A DNA stretch of 64,000 bases, from positions 6,262,001 through 6,326,000 of the forward strand of contig NC_135767.1 of NCBI RefSeq assembly GCF_052425735.1, in the 5' to 3' direction. Under the pieces are notes generated by a model. It did not search any database, was not told where the DNA came from, and saw only the letters and a program-made list of their open reading frames with translations. Source of the DNA: Oculina patagonica (lineage: Eukaryota). The translations under genes and the position numbers were made by a program. Below are positions 1 to 29,400 of this stretch, in pieces. The number at the start of each line of letters is the position of its first letter. Position 1 is the stretch's first letter.

Positions 1-267
1 CGTGAAGTTTGCTTTTATGGCTTGTTAAACAGTACGGTTTCTTAAACAACGAACAGAAAGCCGAGAAAGGATGGCAGAGAACAAGAGAGGCATTTTTCAA
101 TGAAGGAAAAAGTACTACAGGACACCATTTAAAAAACTATCGTAACTATCGATAGTTAATGAAACTATCGCGATTGTTATCGATAGTTGAATTTGCGATC
201 AAAGCATCGCTAACATAGCACTCCCAATCGCGATGCATCGATAGTTCAATGTATTGTTACACCCCTA
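1..267. mobile_element. Right end of a hAT-like MITE with CGATAGTT subterminal repeats
   Basis: Repeated ATCGATAGTT/AACTATCG motifs ending in ..TTACACCCCTA (TAGGGG terminus on the - strand). Confidence 0.55.
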
Positions 268-355
268 AATATTAAATAGGATAAAATACTGCTAGTCTAT
301 GATGTATTGTTGTTGTATACTAAACACAGAGTAGGATCTCAAATGTCAATGATCA

Positions 356-13689
<13,334 letters not shown>

Positions 13690-13723
13690 TCAAAACAAAG
13701 GACTCACATTTCTCGCAGACCAA

Positions 13724-13846
13724 CGCCATTTTTAAAATCGACTAATCATCTCATCTGACTGACGGCTCCACTGGCTTTTATTCTTTATGTCACGTGACTA
13801 GCGTTCTGTGTCGTGATTGGCTGCGCGGTTTTTAATAATGACGTAA
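13724..13846 (-). promoter_or_regulatory. KDM5 proximal promoter motif cluster
   Basis: YY1-type CGCCATTTT (13724), palindromic E-box GTCACGTGAC (13789-13798), CCAAT box (GATTGG 13815-13820) and CRE-like TGACGTAA (13839-13846), all within 200 bp of the ATG. Confidence 0.55.
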
Positions 13847-15482
13847 AGTTCCGTTGAGAAATAAAGCGAGTTGGACAGCCATTGAATACAATCGATCAAA
13901 ATTCAAATTTTAACAGGGAAGTCTAGCGCTATTACTTAAGGTTTTCAAAGCTCTAGACACAATTTAAGACGGGAAAAAACTTTAATTATCAACTAAGTTT
14001 TGAGACTTGATTCCCACGTATTTCAACAACTTACTTCCGTGACCGCCACGAGCACACGGATGTACATTTCCTGTCATTTATCGCGTGCGCGGGTGAATAA
14101 TTTCACGTAATGAATCGTGATTCTTCGTAGTTATGCTTTGTTCTCCTATCAGTTTATATTGGTTAGAGGGATCACTTTCGAAATCGTGAGTGATTTTCAT
14201 TTCCAGCAATATACTATTGATTTAAAAAAAGATAGAATTTCTATAACATTATGTAACCTAGATAATTCATTGTAACTCGCCGGCAATGTTTACGTTTTCT
14301 AGCTCTGGCAGAAATTGTCGAGACTATGTTAAGTATACACGCCTGAAGTCTTTTTTTGCAAATAAGAAAAAAAGAGAGAGAAGATAGAAGGAAGAACGCC
14401 GACCATAACCCCACCCCCCCCCCGACCCCCTCACCCGAGAGTCGATGGACCTGCCCACACTCTACTCTCTAACACGCATTCATTGCTTTTGTAGGCGCTT
14501 TATAAAAGTATTACAAAAAAAAAACATTAACCAATATAGAATAAAAAGTAGGATTAAAAAATAACTACTAATTTATGTCTAGTTTGTCTTCGAGAATGTG
14601 CTCAGATGGACGTAATCGTTAAATATTTTTTTTTAATACAGTGAACAATCGTTCGATTTCATTGCACAGAATCAAGAAGGGCCGTGAAAATCATCGATGT
14701 TTTCTTGGAGAATAAAATTACAGGTATCGCTCTTTTCATAAATATCCTGGATGGGTACCCCTGAAATTCTTGTTTAATAGGACTGTTTGACACGGTTTTT
14801 GAAACCCTAGGGGCTTCGGGGGCTGACTCGTCCAGTCAGCTTCGGGGGTGAAATCCACGAAGAACGCTATTTTAGCTAACCGAAATATTGAAATATTGAG
14901 AATTGGATTTTCAATGTATGCCCCTGAGCTTTTGCTTTCAGATCTCAAAAATCTTTACACTATATTTTGACCCGGTCTACAGGCTGATTTTTTTTTTACT
15001 ATATACGGTATATACCTGGTCTAACTCAGATCTGAAACGGTTTTATCTTACGACTGTTTTGTCAGGTAAAAAGCGTATGAAAGTAATCGTCTCCAGGCAT
15101 AGTAAGATTCATGTTCATGTAAGACCTGAAGACAGCATACTTATGAAGGCAAAATTGGAGGTTTTCATTCACACACCGGGTCCCTCTAACCCAGAGTTCT
15201 ACCTGTTCAGTTGTCCCTGGTTGTCATAAAAAAAAATCCCACCAGAAACTTTTAAAGGGTTCTGCTCTTTTCTGCTCCCACGTAACATCGCAGCACGTGG
15301 CTCTCTATTTTCTCATATTTTTAATTTATTCAATCACTGAACGCGCGAAAAGAGTCGCAAGAGAGCTGGACGCCAGCGCAAAACGGAAGGAAGAAGAAGT
15401 TTTCTTTCGCTCGCTGATCTCCCAACCCCCACCCCCACCCCCTGGTGCTCCACACTTGCACAGTGGCGCTCGCCTCGCTCGC

Positions 15483-16013
15483 TAGGCATGAATAGATTGT
15501 GCTAGTAAATTTAGGAAAAGTTGCTTCACAATATACCAAAAAGTTGCTCTAAAGTTGCTCAAATATCAAAAAGTTGCCACCAAAATTCAGAAAAGTTGCT
15601 TGCTCTCTAGAGTCGTTTTGACGTGAATTTTGCGTTTTCTAGAAATCGAAGCGCTTGCAGGTTTACTAAGACTTGCCCCAGCGTCTATGGCAACCTCAAT
15701 GGGGTCAATGTCTGAATTTTTTCCATTTTCCTCGTCTGAAATTTCATCTGATTGCGATGTCATAAGTGACTCGCACTTCAGCAAATACCAAGATGGCCGG
15801 CGGCAGGTTCTATGTTGCAGCGAATAAAACCAGTTTTAATAAAATCCTTCGAAATAAAACGACCTTTTATGGTTTGGATCGGTTTTAAATCAATTTGTTG
15901 CTCAAAAGTTGCCAAGGAAAGTAAAAGTTGCCCTAGGTTGCTGGTACTACAACAAGTTGCTCAAAAAGCCAAAAGTTGCTCAAAAGTTGCCGAGCACAAT
16001 CTATTTATGCCTA
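15483..16013. mobile_element. Internally deleted hAT transposon
   Basis: TAGGCATGAATAGATTGTGCT...AGCACAATCTATTTATGCCTA; perfect 8-bp TSD TCGCTCGC (15475-15482, 16014-16021); many AAAAGTTGC subterminal repeats. Confidence 0.88.
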
Positions 16014-16344
16014 TCGCTCGCTGTTTCTCCTGTTTCTCTCGCGTTGCCTTGAAAAATAGAGGCTCCGAGCACTTTTACCTCCAGGATTAACTTGAGAATT
16101 CTCCATACTTGTCTCCATACATTCTATACCATTATACTAAGGAGAATATAGACTACGAACGGTAGCCACTACCACGGCTACTTTTAGTGACGTCTCCTGA
16201 AGAGAAACAGACGAGAGGGGCTGAACGGAACAGGATTAATTTGTTTTATACTCGTGTTAAAATTTTTAGTTTGGCATGCATCATTAAACGTTTTTTTTTT
16301 TTTTAAATTTCAGTTATCACGAAGAACTTTCTTTGGAAATGAGG

Positions 16345-16684
16345 TAAGGATACTATTGTTAGCGAGATGAGCGAAAATCGCTAAATTTAGTATTCTTCAA
16401 AAATTGGACTCGGTCAAATTTAATACTTGTTAAATTTAAGTACCCCCCCCCTCCCAAAATAGTCTTTAAAAAATAGACGCCGGTAACTTTGTTCTTTCCG
16501 TCAATGCAAATGTTCGTTCAATTTTAAGTGAGTTTGTTCTTTGACTAAACATTTTTTTCCATCTTAACTATATGCTCGTATGACTAATTTTCTAAAAATT
16601 TCGAAAAATCGTTAATTAAATAGTCGCTAAATCTTGCTCAGAAAAAGACGCTAAAATTAGTAGCCGCTCACAATAGTTAAGGTA
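16345..16684. mobile_element. TA-flanked MITE (family with 17613-18019 and 28782-29186)
   Basis: Shared TACTATTGTT termini, CGCTAAA(A)TT repeats and internal GGTAACTTTGTTCTTT. Confidence 0.7.
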
Positions 16685-17612
16685 CCAATCGCAACGTTCT
16701 TTTAAAAACAAAACCCCTTAAGTTTGCAGACGATAATACGTCCTGGACTTAAAATTCTCGGTAGGAATACTTTCGGAGAGGCTTATTGTCAAAAGGAATT
16801 TTGCGTTTCAAAACAGTGGTTGAACTTATGAAAAATTTTAGGTGCTCATTACAATACTCACTAAACTTATAATAATGTGAAACTGAAACACTAAAGAAGT
16901 TCTTCAATCATCCATGTATAAATTAAACTTCAAAGCAACACCAACAATAGAGGGAGGATATATAAGCCGGAAGAATTTTTTCAGAGCTAAAACTTGATAT
17001 AGGGAGCTATAGGGCCAGGCGCTTATATTCGAGAAGGGTTATTATTGAAATGATTTTTGCGTCGAAGATTTTGGGGCTTAATTTCAAGTATCTTATTACT
17101 GGAAGGATAATTGTGTCTAAGGTTTAGGGTGCTTTATTTTCTTGTAATTTAATATAGCTTTTATCGCGCGAGACATTTTTCCTCTACCAAAGTTTGTGTG
17201 CGCTATTTAGGCAGTTTTGTTGGACACAAACTAAGAATTAAAAGCACTGATTTGGGGGTCATCTCGAAGTTCTCTTCTGGGTTTGAAACAGAAACGAAAG
17301 GAGAACGAAAAACGAATAAAATAAAACGGGGATACAAAAAACCGTTACAAATAAGATCTTGGCGCATTTTTGTTCAAAAGAATTTTTCAGGTTATTAAAG
17401 ATTATTATCGGAAGGAATTAAGTAATCTAAAAATTTTTGGTTTTATTTCAAAGGAATTTTGCGACTGAAAAATAGGTGCATATAAAGCTGAAAGCAGGGT
17501 GTTCAGGGCATATGAAACACAAAACAATTCGAAAACAATGCACGACGCTTTTGCCAAAGGTCTCTGGGCAAGTAACCGGTATACACCGAGTGCCTAAGTT
17601 GGAAAGCTGTTA

Positions 17613-18019
17613 CCTTAAGGTTACTAATTTTAGCGATTTTTTCAGAGCAAGATTTAGCGACTATTTAATTTAGCGATTTTCCGAAAAATTTAAAAAGTTT
17701 GTGATATCGTGTAAACCAGTTTTTAATGAACATATAGCTAAGATAGAAATAAATGTTCAGTAAGAGAACAAACTCACTTGAAATTGAACGAATATTCGCA
17801 TTGCCAGTTAAAGAACAAAGTTACCGGCGTCTAATTTTAAAAGAATTTTTCAAGTCGACTATGCTTTATAATAATTTTGTTTCCCTTTGGGGTGGGAGGG
17901 GGGTATTTAAATTTAACGAGTATTAAATTTGACCGAGACAAATTTTAGCGAAAACTAAATTTAGCGATTTTTGCCCAACTCGCTAAAATTAGTAGCCGCC
18001 AACAATAGTAACCTTAAGG
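17613..18019. mobile_element. TA-flanked MITE, inverted relative to 16345-16684
   Basis: TA|CCTTAAGGTTACTA...TAGTAACCTTAAGG|TA. Confidence 0.75.
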
Positions 18020-18353
18020 TAATTGTTTTGGGAGACTCCGTTTCTAGATCAAGAGCGGATCAGCACATATAATTCCCATTTTCGCGGGTCACCAATAATC
18101 GCGATTTGGAAACTTGGATAGCGCGAACAAACGCGCGGAAATTTGATGTCTCGAAAATTCCTGTAAGAAAAAGGTAGTCGGTAAGGTCATTAGCTTACTT
18201 CTTATTTTATTTCCGTTGAAGTTTTTTCTTGCTTTTCTCCCGTTTTTTTCTCTTGATTTCTTTCATTTTTCGTTTGCCTTCAGAGCCCACTGTACACAAC
18301 TAACCAGCGGTCTACCACTTGAAAGTTCGTTTCATTTCACCGCCAGATTCAAA

Positions 18354-22503
<4,150 letters not shown>

Positions 22504-23625
22504 CAAGATGAAAACATTGTTGCAATTTCATTTACTGCTAATCAGCAGACTTACATTAGTTTTTATATTATATCCACCAATGCTTCATCTACTGGTTAAA
22601 AATTTAAGGCTGGTTTTTTTTAACCTCACGTCTAGTAATCTTTGAAACACGTCTAATAAATTCTATTACTCTTCAAAAAAAAAAAAAACAGTCAAACTGG
22701 CAACTAAATTCAGTTTTGTGGAGTGTCTGTGAGAAAAGTCATTCTACTGTTGCATTCATTTCTGTTGTTTCCTATTATTCTATTTTTATTTAGTTTATGT
22801 AAAGAATTATGCAAAATTTATGGTCATTGAGGTGTGGCAATTCCCCAAATGAGCCACAATTTTTATCTTGTATTAATATTGGGAGTAGTGGAAAGAGCTA
22901 CCCAGTTAGCCTACAGTTCATTTTGTAAGTAGCATTTAGTTAGGATATTTTTGTATAAAACATCAACTTTTGAAGATGACAGGTTAGATGATTTGTATAG
23001 TTTTTGTCAAAAAGGTACATTAAAACAATGTTAAAGATCTGAGAGTTCTCGAGTCTCAACTGCGCAGTTCCTCAGTTATCTCCTCTTTGAAATGCAACAT
23101 TTTCTTGCAACTTCTTGTGAAATACTGCATTGCAAAATAAGAAAGGTTTTGTACGTATCACATGTACTGCAAAATGTTGCAGTTTTATGCAACATGTTGC
23201 AGAAGTTCTACTTTGTGCAGCAAGTTGCCACAACTTGTCAGTTCAGCAGTGGGCAAAATGCCCAGTGAGGCTTTTCAACTTGCAATACAACATTGCTCTA
23301 GCATGTTACAAGATTTTGCTTACATCCAAATTTTTGCTGACAGAGCCTAAAATTGCAGGTTCCCAAATTGCTGCAGCAGTAGTTAGTCTGTAATTGTACT
23401 ACTGTTCAGTTTAGTGATGTCAAGAAAATTTTTCTGTTGTTCATCTACTGTGCGTTATCCTCTCAATATTTCTTGCCAACAATTTTGCCGTAACCATTTT
23501 TTAGTAGGATTCTACTAGTATACTAATGTCAGCTGTGGCAATCTGATTGGGTTCAGCTGCTCCTATACTTTCAGCTGTTAGTATAAGAGCTTGCCTGAGC
23601 TTGGAATGTGTGAAGAATAATAACC

Positions 23626-23798
23626 CAGGGATGTAGCTAAAAAAACACTAACAAGCCGGCTCATCAACAAGCCCAGATGGCTTTTCTGGCCTTAGCAGCT
23701 CTAAAAGTTTACTAAGTCTTCGTGTGAAATTTCAGCCGGATTTAAGTTCTATTTCAGCCGGTTAAATTAGCCAGCAGCCGGCCTTAGCGACATCCCTG
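23626..23798. mobile_element. CAGGG-terminated MITE with a 6-bp TSD
   Basis: ATAACC|CAGGGATGTAGCTAA...TTAGCGACATCCCTG|ATAACC. Confidence 0.82.
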
Positions 23799-24282
23799 AT
23801 AACCTTTATAATGAAAATAATTGGAAACTTTAGTCTGACTTGTCCCCAGTCTTCTTGAAACAGTGCACAGCCCGATGTGAGAAGCAAGAGAGGTGGGGGA
23901 GCGAGGGATACATTCTTCCGTCTCATGACCCCTTACTCCCCCTTGCTTCACCTCTCGCCCTGCACTGTATGAAGCTACTGGGACAAGTTAGTACTTTAGT
24001 GAGAATTCTACTAAAACGATTATCAGCTCTCAATTTTTACAGCTTCATAAACTATCATCTCACAGAATTTTTGAGCTCATAATCTAATATTGTTAAATAG
24101 TATACTTAACAATTATTCCATGAGCCTGCGTTGGATAAGAAATGGTAGATACAACTATCTCATTTCCATCAAGCGTAAGTGAAATAATTGTTTTATTAAA
24201 AACACCAAATGGTATATGAGCTCATATACCATTGCCTGTTAACCAATCAAAACTCAGGAATTTCAATATATTGCTAGTTTTT

Positions 24283-24320
<38 letters not shown>

Positions 24321-24579
24321 TGTCTAAACGGCCATACAGATCGGACGCGAATATTTTATTCTACTTGTGAAATGAAAACAATAAATTGAATGGAAAGTTT
24401 TGTTATGCGAATCAGTCGAGATCTGTATCAAAAGTTAATGAATACTAATTAGCTGAGCAGAAGTCTGTATCAAAAGTTAATTATATTGTTTGGTTTGTAT
24501 TGGGGTTTACAGTTGTGTACATGTGACCTGAATACTGTGCTGGGATTGGTTTGCACCCTCATGAATAGTTAATGAATTT

Positions 24580-24620
<41 letters not shown>

Positions 24621-24900
24621 TGTTTACAATGGCGAGCCATTGTAAACGGCCATACAGATCGGGCGCGAATATTTTATTCTACTTGTGAAATGAAAACAAT
24701 AAATTGAATGGAAAGTTTTGTTATGCGAATCAGTCGAGATCTGTATCAAAAGTTAATGAATACTAACTAGCTGAGCAGGAGTCTGTATCAAAAGTTAATT
24801 ATATTGTTTGGTTTGTATTGGGGTTTACAGTTGTGTACATGTGATCTGAATACTGTGCTGGGATTGGTTTGCACCCTCATGAATAGTTAATGAATTTTAC
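24283..24900. repeat. Near-identical tandem duplication (300 + 318 bp), each unit starting with a long hairpin
   Basis: Units 24283-24582 and 24583-24900 differ by a few substitutions and an 18-nt indel at the hairpin apex. Confidence 0.9.
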
Positions 24901-26465
24901 AATAAAAGATAAAATATAATCCACATTAGTAAATAGCTTCAAAACCTTTTATTGAGTTCATAACCCTAATTTACTCATTAAATCTACTATAAACAATTTC
25001 TTTGGCTGAATAGGTCATAACCTGATATAATAATACCTCTAATCGAGGAAATCCTCATTCAATAACTATTTACAAGCTTAAAATAGAAGATCTATGCAAA
25101 AATAGATTACTGTCAAAAGCAACATTTTCCAAAAATCCTCCGTCAGTATGGTCTGGCTTAGTATATACGTACATATTAGCGGGTTAAAATAACTTGTAAG
25201 TTAAATCACATCAAGTTGATAATTATAAGCTTAGTAATGAAAAGTATGATTAGTCTTTTTCCCTGAACTGGTTTGCAACGTTGCATCAATTTTTGCAGAC
25301 AACTCCATGAAAGATGCTGTGTATCAAGTCTCAAATGTCCCATCCCTTCCACTTAAAATTTAATTCCCACTAAACTACAAAGTACAGTATTTGCTCATGG
25401 TGATACATTCTAAGGATAAAAAATAAAGTATTAATGTTTAGAAATTGCATGCGTCCATTATGCATTTTAAAGTACATTTCCTCAAAAGTCCATACATCTT
25501 AAATAATAACCTATTGTATTTGCAGAAATAACAGTACGGAATGTTTCCACTAATGAATGCCATGAATAAATGCTATCTTTTTTGCATGATAAACTTCTGC
25601 TGGCCAATATTGCATAATCTGGTATGGACCCAAATCATGTGTCCATATTACAATAGCAGAACACAGTTTACCTGAATAAAGGCATAAGCAACCCTTCGAT
25701 TTGACTACGAGTACAAGATCGTGTACAAGTACGAGTTTGGAATTTCGAAACAATTGTATCCCCTGAACTACATGACTGTATAACTGGTTCCTGTTGCTGA
25801 CTTACACATAAATAAATGTTAGGGATAAGATTGGTGTGATAAGTGATTATGTGAGGCACCTGAATTTGGTTTGAAAACTCATACTCATACTCAGTCTCGT
25901 ACTCGTAGTCCAATCTAAAGCTTGCAGTAATTTCTGTAAGAGGGAATGATAACTACTCTTAACGACTGCAAAGTTCAAACATTGGATAAGAATGTACAAT
26001 AAATGCTGCATGAACGATAAGATGATGAGCTGGCTAAAATTTCAGCATTACGACTGGAGAAAATTCAAATTAATGATTATGTTTTTCCAATTTTCTTGTT
26101 CCCTAGTACATTGCCCCAGTAACAGAAAATACCAACATACCCATGAGGCAATAAACATTTAAATATAAATAAGGAACATAGTCGTAAAGCTGTCTGGGTA
26201 AAGAGAATTTGTAGCAACAGATCACGAAGACCCACGAAGCATCATACTTCAAAAAAAATTGTCAGGGGGTGGGTCTTAAGTCAAAAATATACCCTATAAT
26301 TGTTTAATTCCAATTTCCAAACCACCCTGCCAAATGCACTATACTAAAACTCCCATACCACCCCACCCTTGAAACGTTTCAGTTTTTTCAACCTATGGGG
26401 TTTCATAACCTAGAAACAAATTTAATTGTAATTTAATAATTCAATCATTTGTTAAAGAGTAATTC

Positions 26466-29400
26466 TTATGAAGGAGTTGAATATTTTCTCGGAGCAGCAA
26501 TAGGACTCATTTTTGGTGAAGGTCTTGTTGCGCTCTTGGTGTTGTATCTAGAGCGCCATTTTCCAAAGAGTCCTTTCCTGTTAAGGGTTGGTTGTGAACC
26601 ATGCAGATCCTCTGAGATTGTCTGATCAGAATCCTACAAGAAAAAATTAAAAAAAGAAAGAAACAAATGAATTGCTATGTAAGGGTTTTAATAAAATTTG
26701 AAGTAGGCGGCATGATTTGTGTAGAGTTAAGGACTGTTTGAAAGAATCTGCCTTGATTACTTCAATTATGGAAAAAAGTAGCCGACTTCTCTGAGCCAAG
26801 TAGAGCAATGTAGAAGACGCTATTTGTTGCTTCTTAAAAGCACTGGCTATGTATTTCAAAACTGTAACAGATGAGGAAAGTTGAAGAAAAAAAATGAAAG
26901 CTTTTTGGATCAATTGACCTTCATAACCACGTCTCAGAGGGTGGTTATATTTAATGCCAAAAAATACCCATTGGTAAATACAGATCACAAGAGCACTCAT
27001 TTTAAACCCCAAAATACCAATAATCTAAGTTAACTTAACATACCAGTACTCATAAAAACCAGTTACAACACTGCTTGCACCCCACAACATCACCAACAAA
27101 CAAACCATAACTCCCAGCGCAAACTATTAATATTATGCAATTGTTTGAAAACAAATTAGCAATAAAAATATAGTTGTAAGTGTTACATTACAGTACTTAA
27201 CTTTTGAAAAAGATTAAAAAAACAACATTATTTTACACTAGTAGATGTTAGTGACAAGTTCCAACAACATTAACAATTTATTTTGTCATAGATATTGTTT
27301 ATAATAATCTTATTACTTTTTACTATCTTTTACATTTAATATTAAAATAATAAAATGTTTGTTTTACATTCCATACTCACTTAAAGAACCTATAATTCGA
27401 GACTTGCTGTCTTTGGATTGTGATTTTTTTCTCTTTTCTTTCTCCCGTTTGGTCTTGGCATGCTTTTTGATCTTTTCTGGATTTACGTCCACAATAAACT
27501 GTTTTATGTTAAGGGATTAGTAGTTGGTTAGCATCATAAAAACTTTACAATGTTATCAACTAAAAGTTCATTACAATTAAAAAAATGTATTACCAAAAAT
27601 TATAATAAAAATCCATAAAAAGAACCTACCACCCAAGATATTGAAAACAATTTTTTTTACACTCAGGTTTAGTAGGACTGCTCTGATATTTTGGCTTAAA
27701 AGTTTTCTCTTTGGCTTAGTTAAATACACTTGGTGTATAAAAAATTTAACTAGACTCTGATGCTTAGTGCAATGTGTAGTTCCACAAATTATTCAAACCT
27801 CCCCCATGGAAGGGATTAGACCCCCCTCAACCCCTCTGGAAATTCCAATTAAGCTTCATACATTTCCTTAAAGTTTTTGGCCTTTGAAATCCCTCTCACC
27901 CCCAGGAAATTCCAGTTTCTTCTGTGGGGAGTGTATGGATATTTCTAGAACCACACAATATTAAAACAAGTGAAATAAGATAAAGAAGTAATTTCTTAAT
28001 TTGTTTTATTCTTCAAGGCCTCAGTGCCAAGTTAAAATTGAACATTTTTGTAACCTCCCACCTCTTATGTTACAACTCTTCCAGTCCTTCCAGCAATTGA
28101 AAAATAGATTCTCCTTACTGATTCCCATACTTCTTTGATGTTAGTTATGAGAATTTGGTGGTAAATCAAGAAAATAAGCACTTGTTGGACGTCTCAACTG
28201 TCTGCTTGACAGTGCATTAGTATTGTAATGAGAAATTTGATGTTGATCACTTTAATTGCATTGGGTAGTGTTATAAACTTACCCCCTCTGTAAAAGCACT
28301 GTCGAGAGATGAAATACTGCTGCTTTTCTTGAGTTCTCCTGTAAATTCTAGATAAAAATTATAAACATAGGCAAAGGAGTGTTATCTGAATGGTCAAACA
28401 GCACTAAAATAAAGCAGTACAGTTATTATAGATTTGCAAGGGTTTGGCATTCTGAATGTTTATAAGCATGTTGAACTTGACATCAGGAGGTAGTCCTAAG
28501 TTGAAGCCCTGCATTGCGTGCATATCTGAGAAACCCTTTTCTCAAGATGCCTCTCTCTGCCCACTGAAATGTAGTGGTGCAGAGGTGAGAGCACTCGCCT
28601 CCCACCAATGTGGCCCGGGTTTGATTCCCGGACCCGGTGTCATATGTGGGTTGCGTTTGTTGTTGGTTCTTGTCCTTAAGCTTGCTCTGAGGGTTTTTCT
28701 CCTGGCTCTCCAGTTTTCCTCCCTCCAAACAAACCAACACTTCTCAACTCCAATTCGATCCAGACAGTGATTGCCATTTACCTTAAGGTTACTATTGTTA
28801 GTGGCTTCTAATTTTAGCGATTTTAGCAAGTTGGGCGAAAATTGCTTAATTTAATACTCGCTAAAAGTTGTCTCGGTCAAATTTATTACTTGTTAAAATT
28901 AAGTCCCCCCTCCTCTGACCCAAAGGGAAACAAAACAAAACAGTCAACTTGAAAAATTCTTTTAAAAATGACTGTTGGTAACTTTGTTCTTTCTGCCAAT
29001 GCAAATGTTTGTTTTTTTTTACTGGATATCTATCTTAATTATATGTTCATTAAAAACTAATTTACACGATACATCAAAAACTTTTAAATTTTTTGGAAAA
29101 TCACTAATTAAATAGTCGCTAAATCTTAATCTTGCTCAGAAAAAATCGCTAAAATTAGTAGCTGCTAAAAATAGTAAACTTAAGGTATTATTTATTTATT
29201 AATTTTCATCATAATTATACACATTGATATACCTCCACTTTCATTGATGTTTAACAGTGAACTTGACAACTGTTTTGATCCCAACAGACCAGCTGTGCTC
29301 AGGGATTCCATTGAACTTGAACTGTCAATCAAACTGATAGTGTCAGGCGAAGGCTTTTTGCCTTTCTTGGGCAATGTTAATGACGCACGACTGAGGTCCA

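Noticed and set aside
15515-16000. CRISPR-like repeated AAAAGTTGC
   Set aside because: Irregularly spaced subterminal transposon repeats in eukaryotic DNA; no cas genes.
24283-24900. Possible hammerhead retrozyme (300-bp tandem units)
   Set aside because: No CTGANGA...GAAA core found on either strand.
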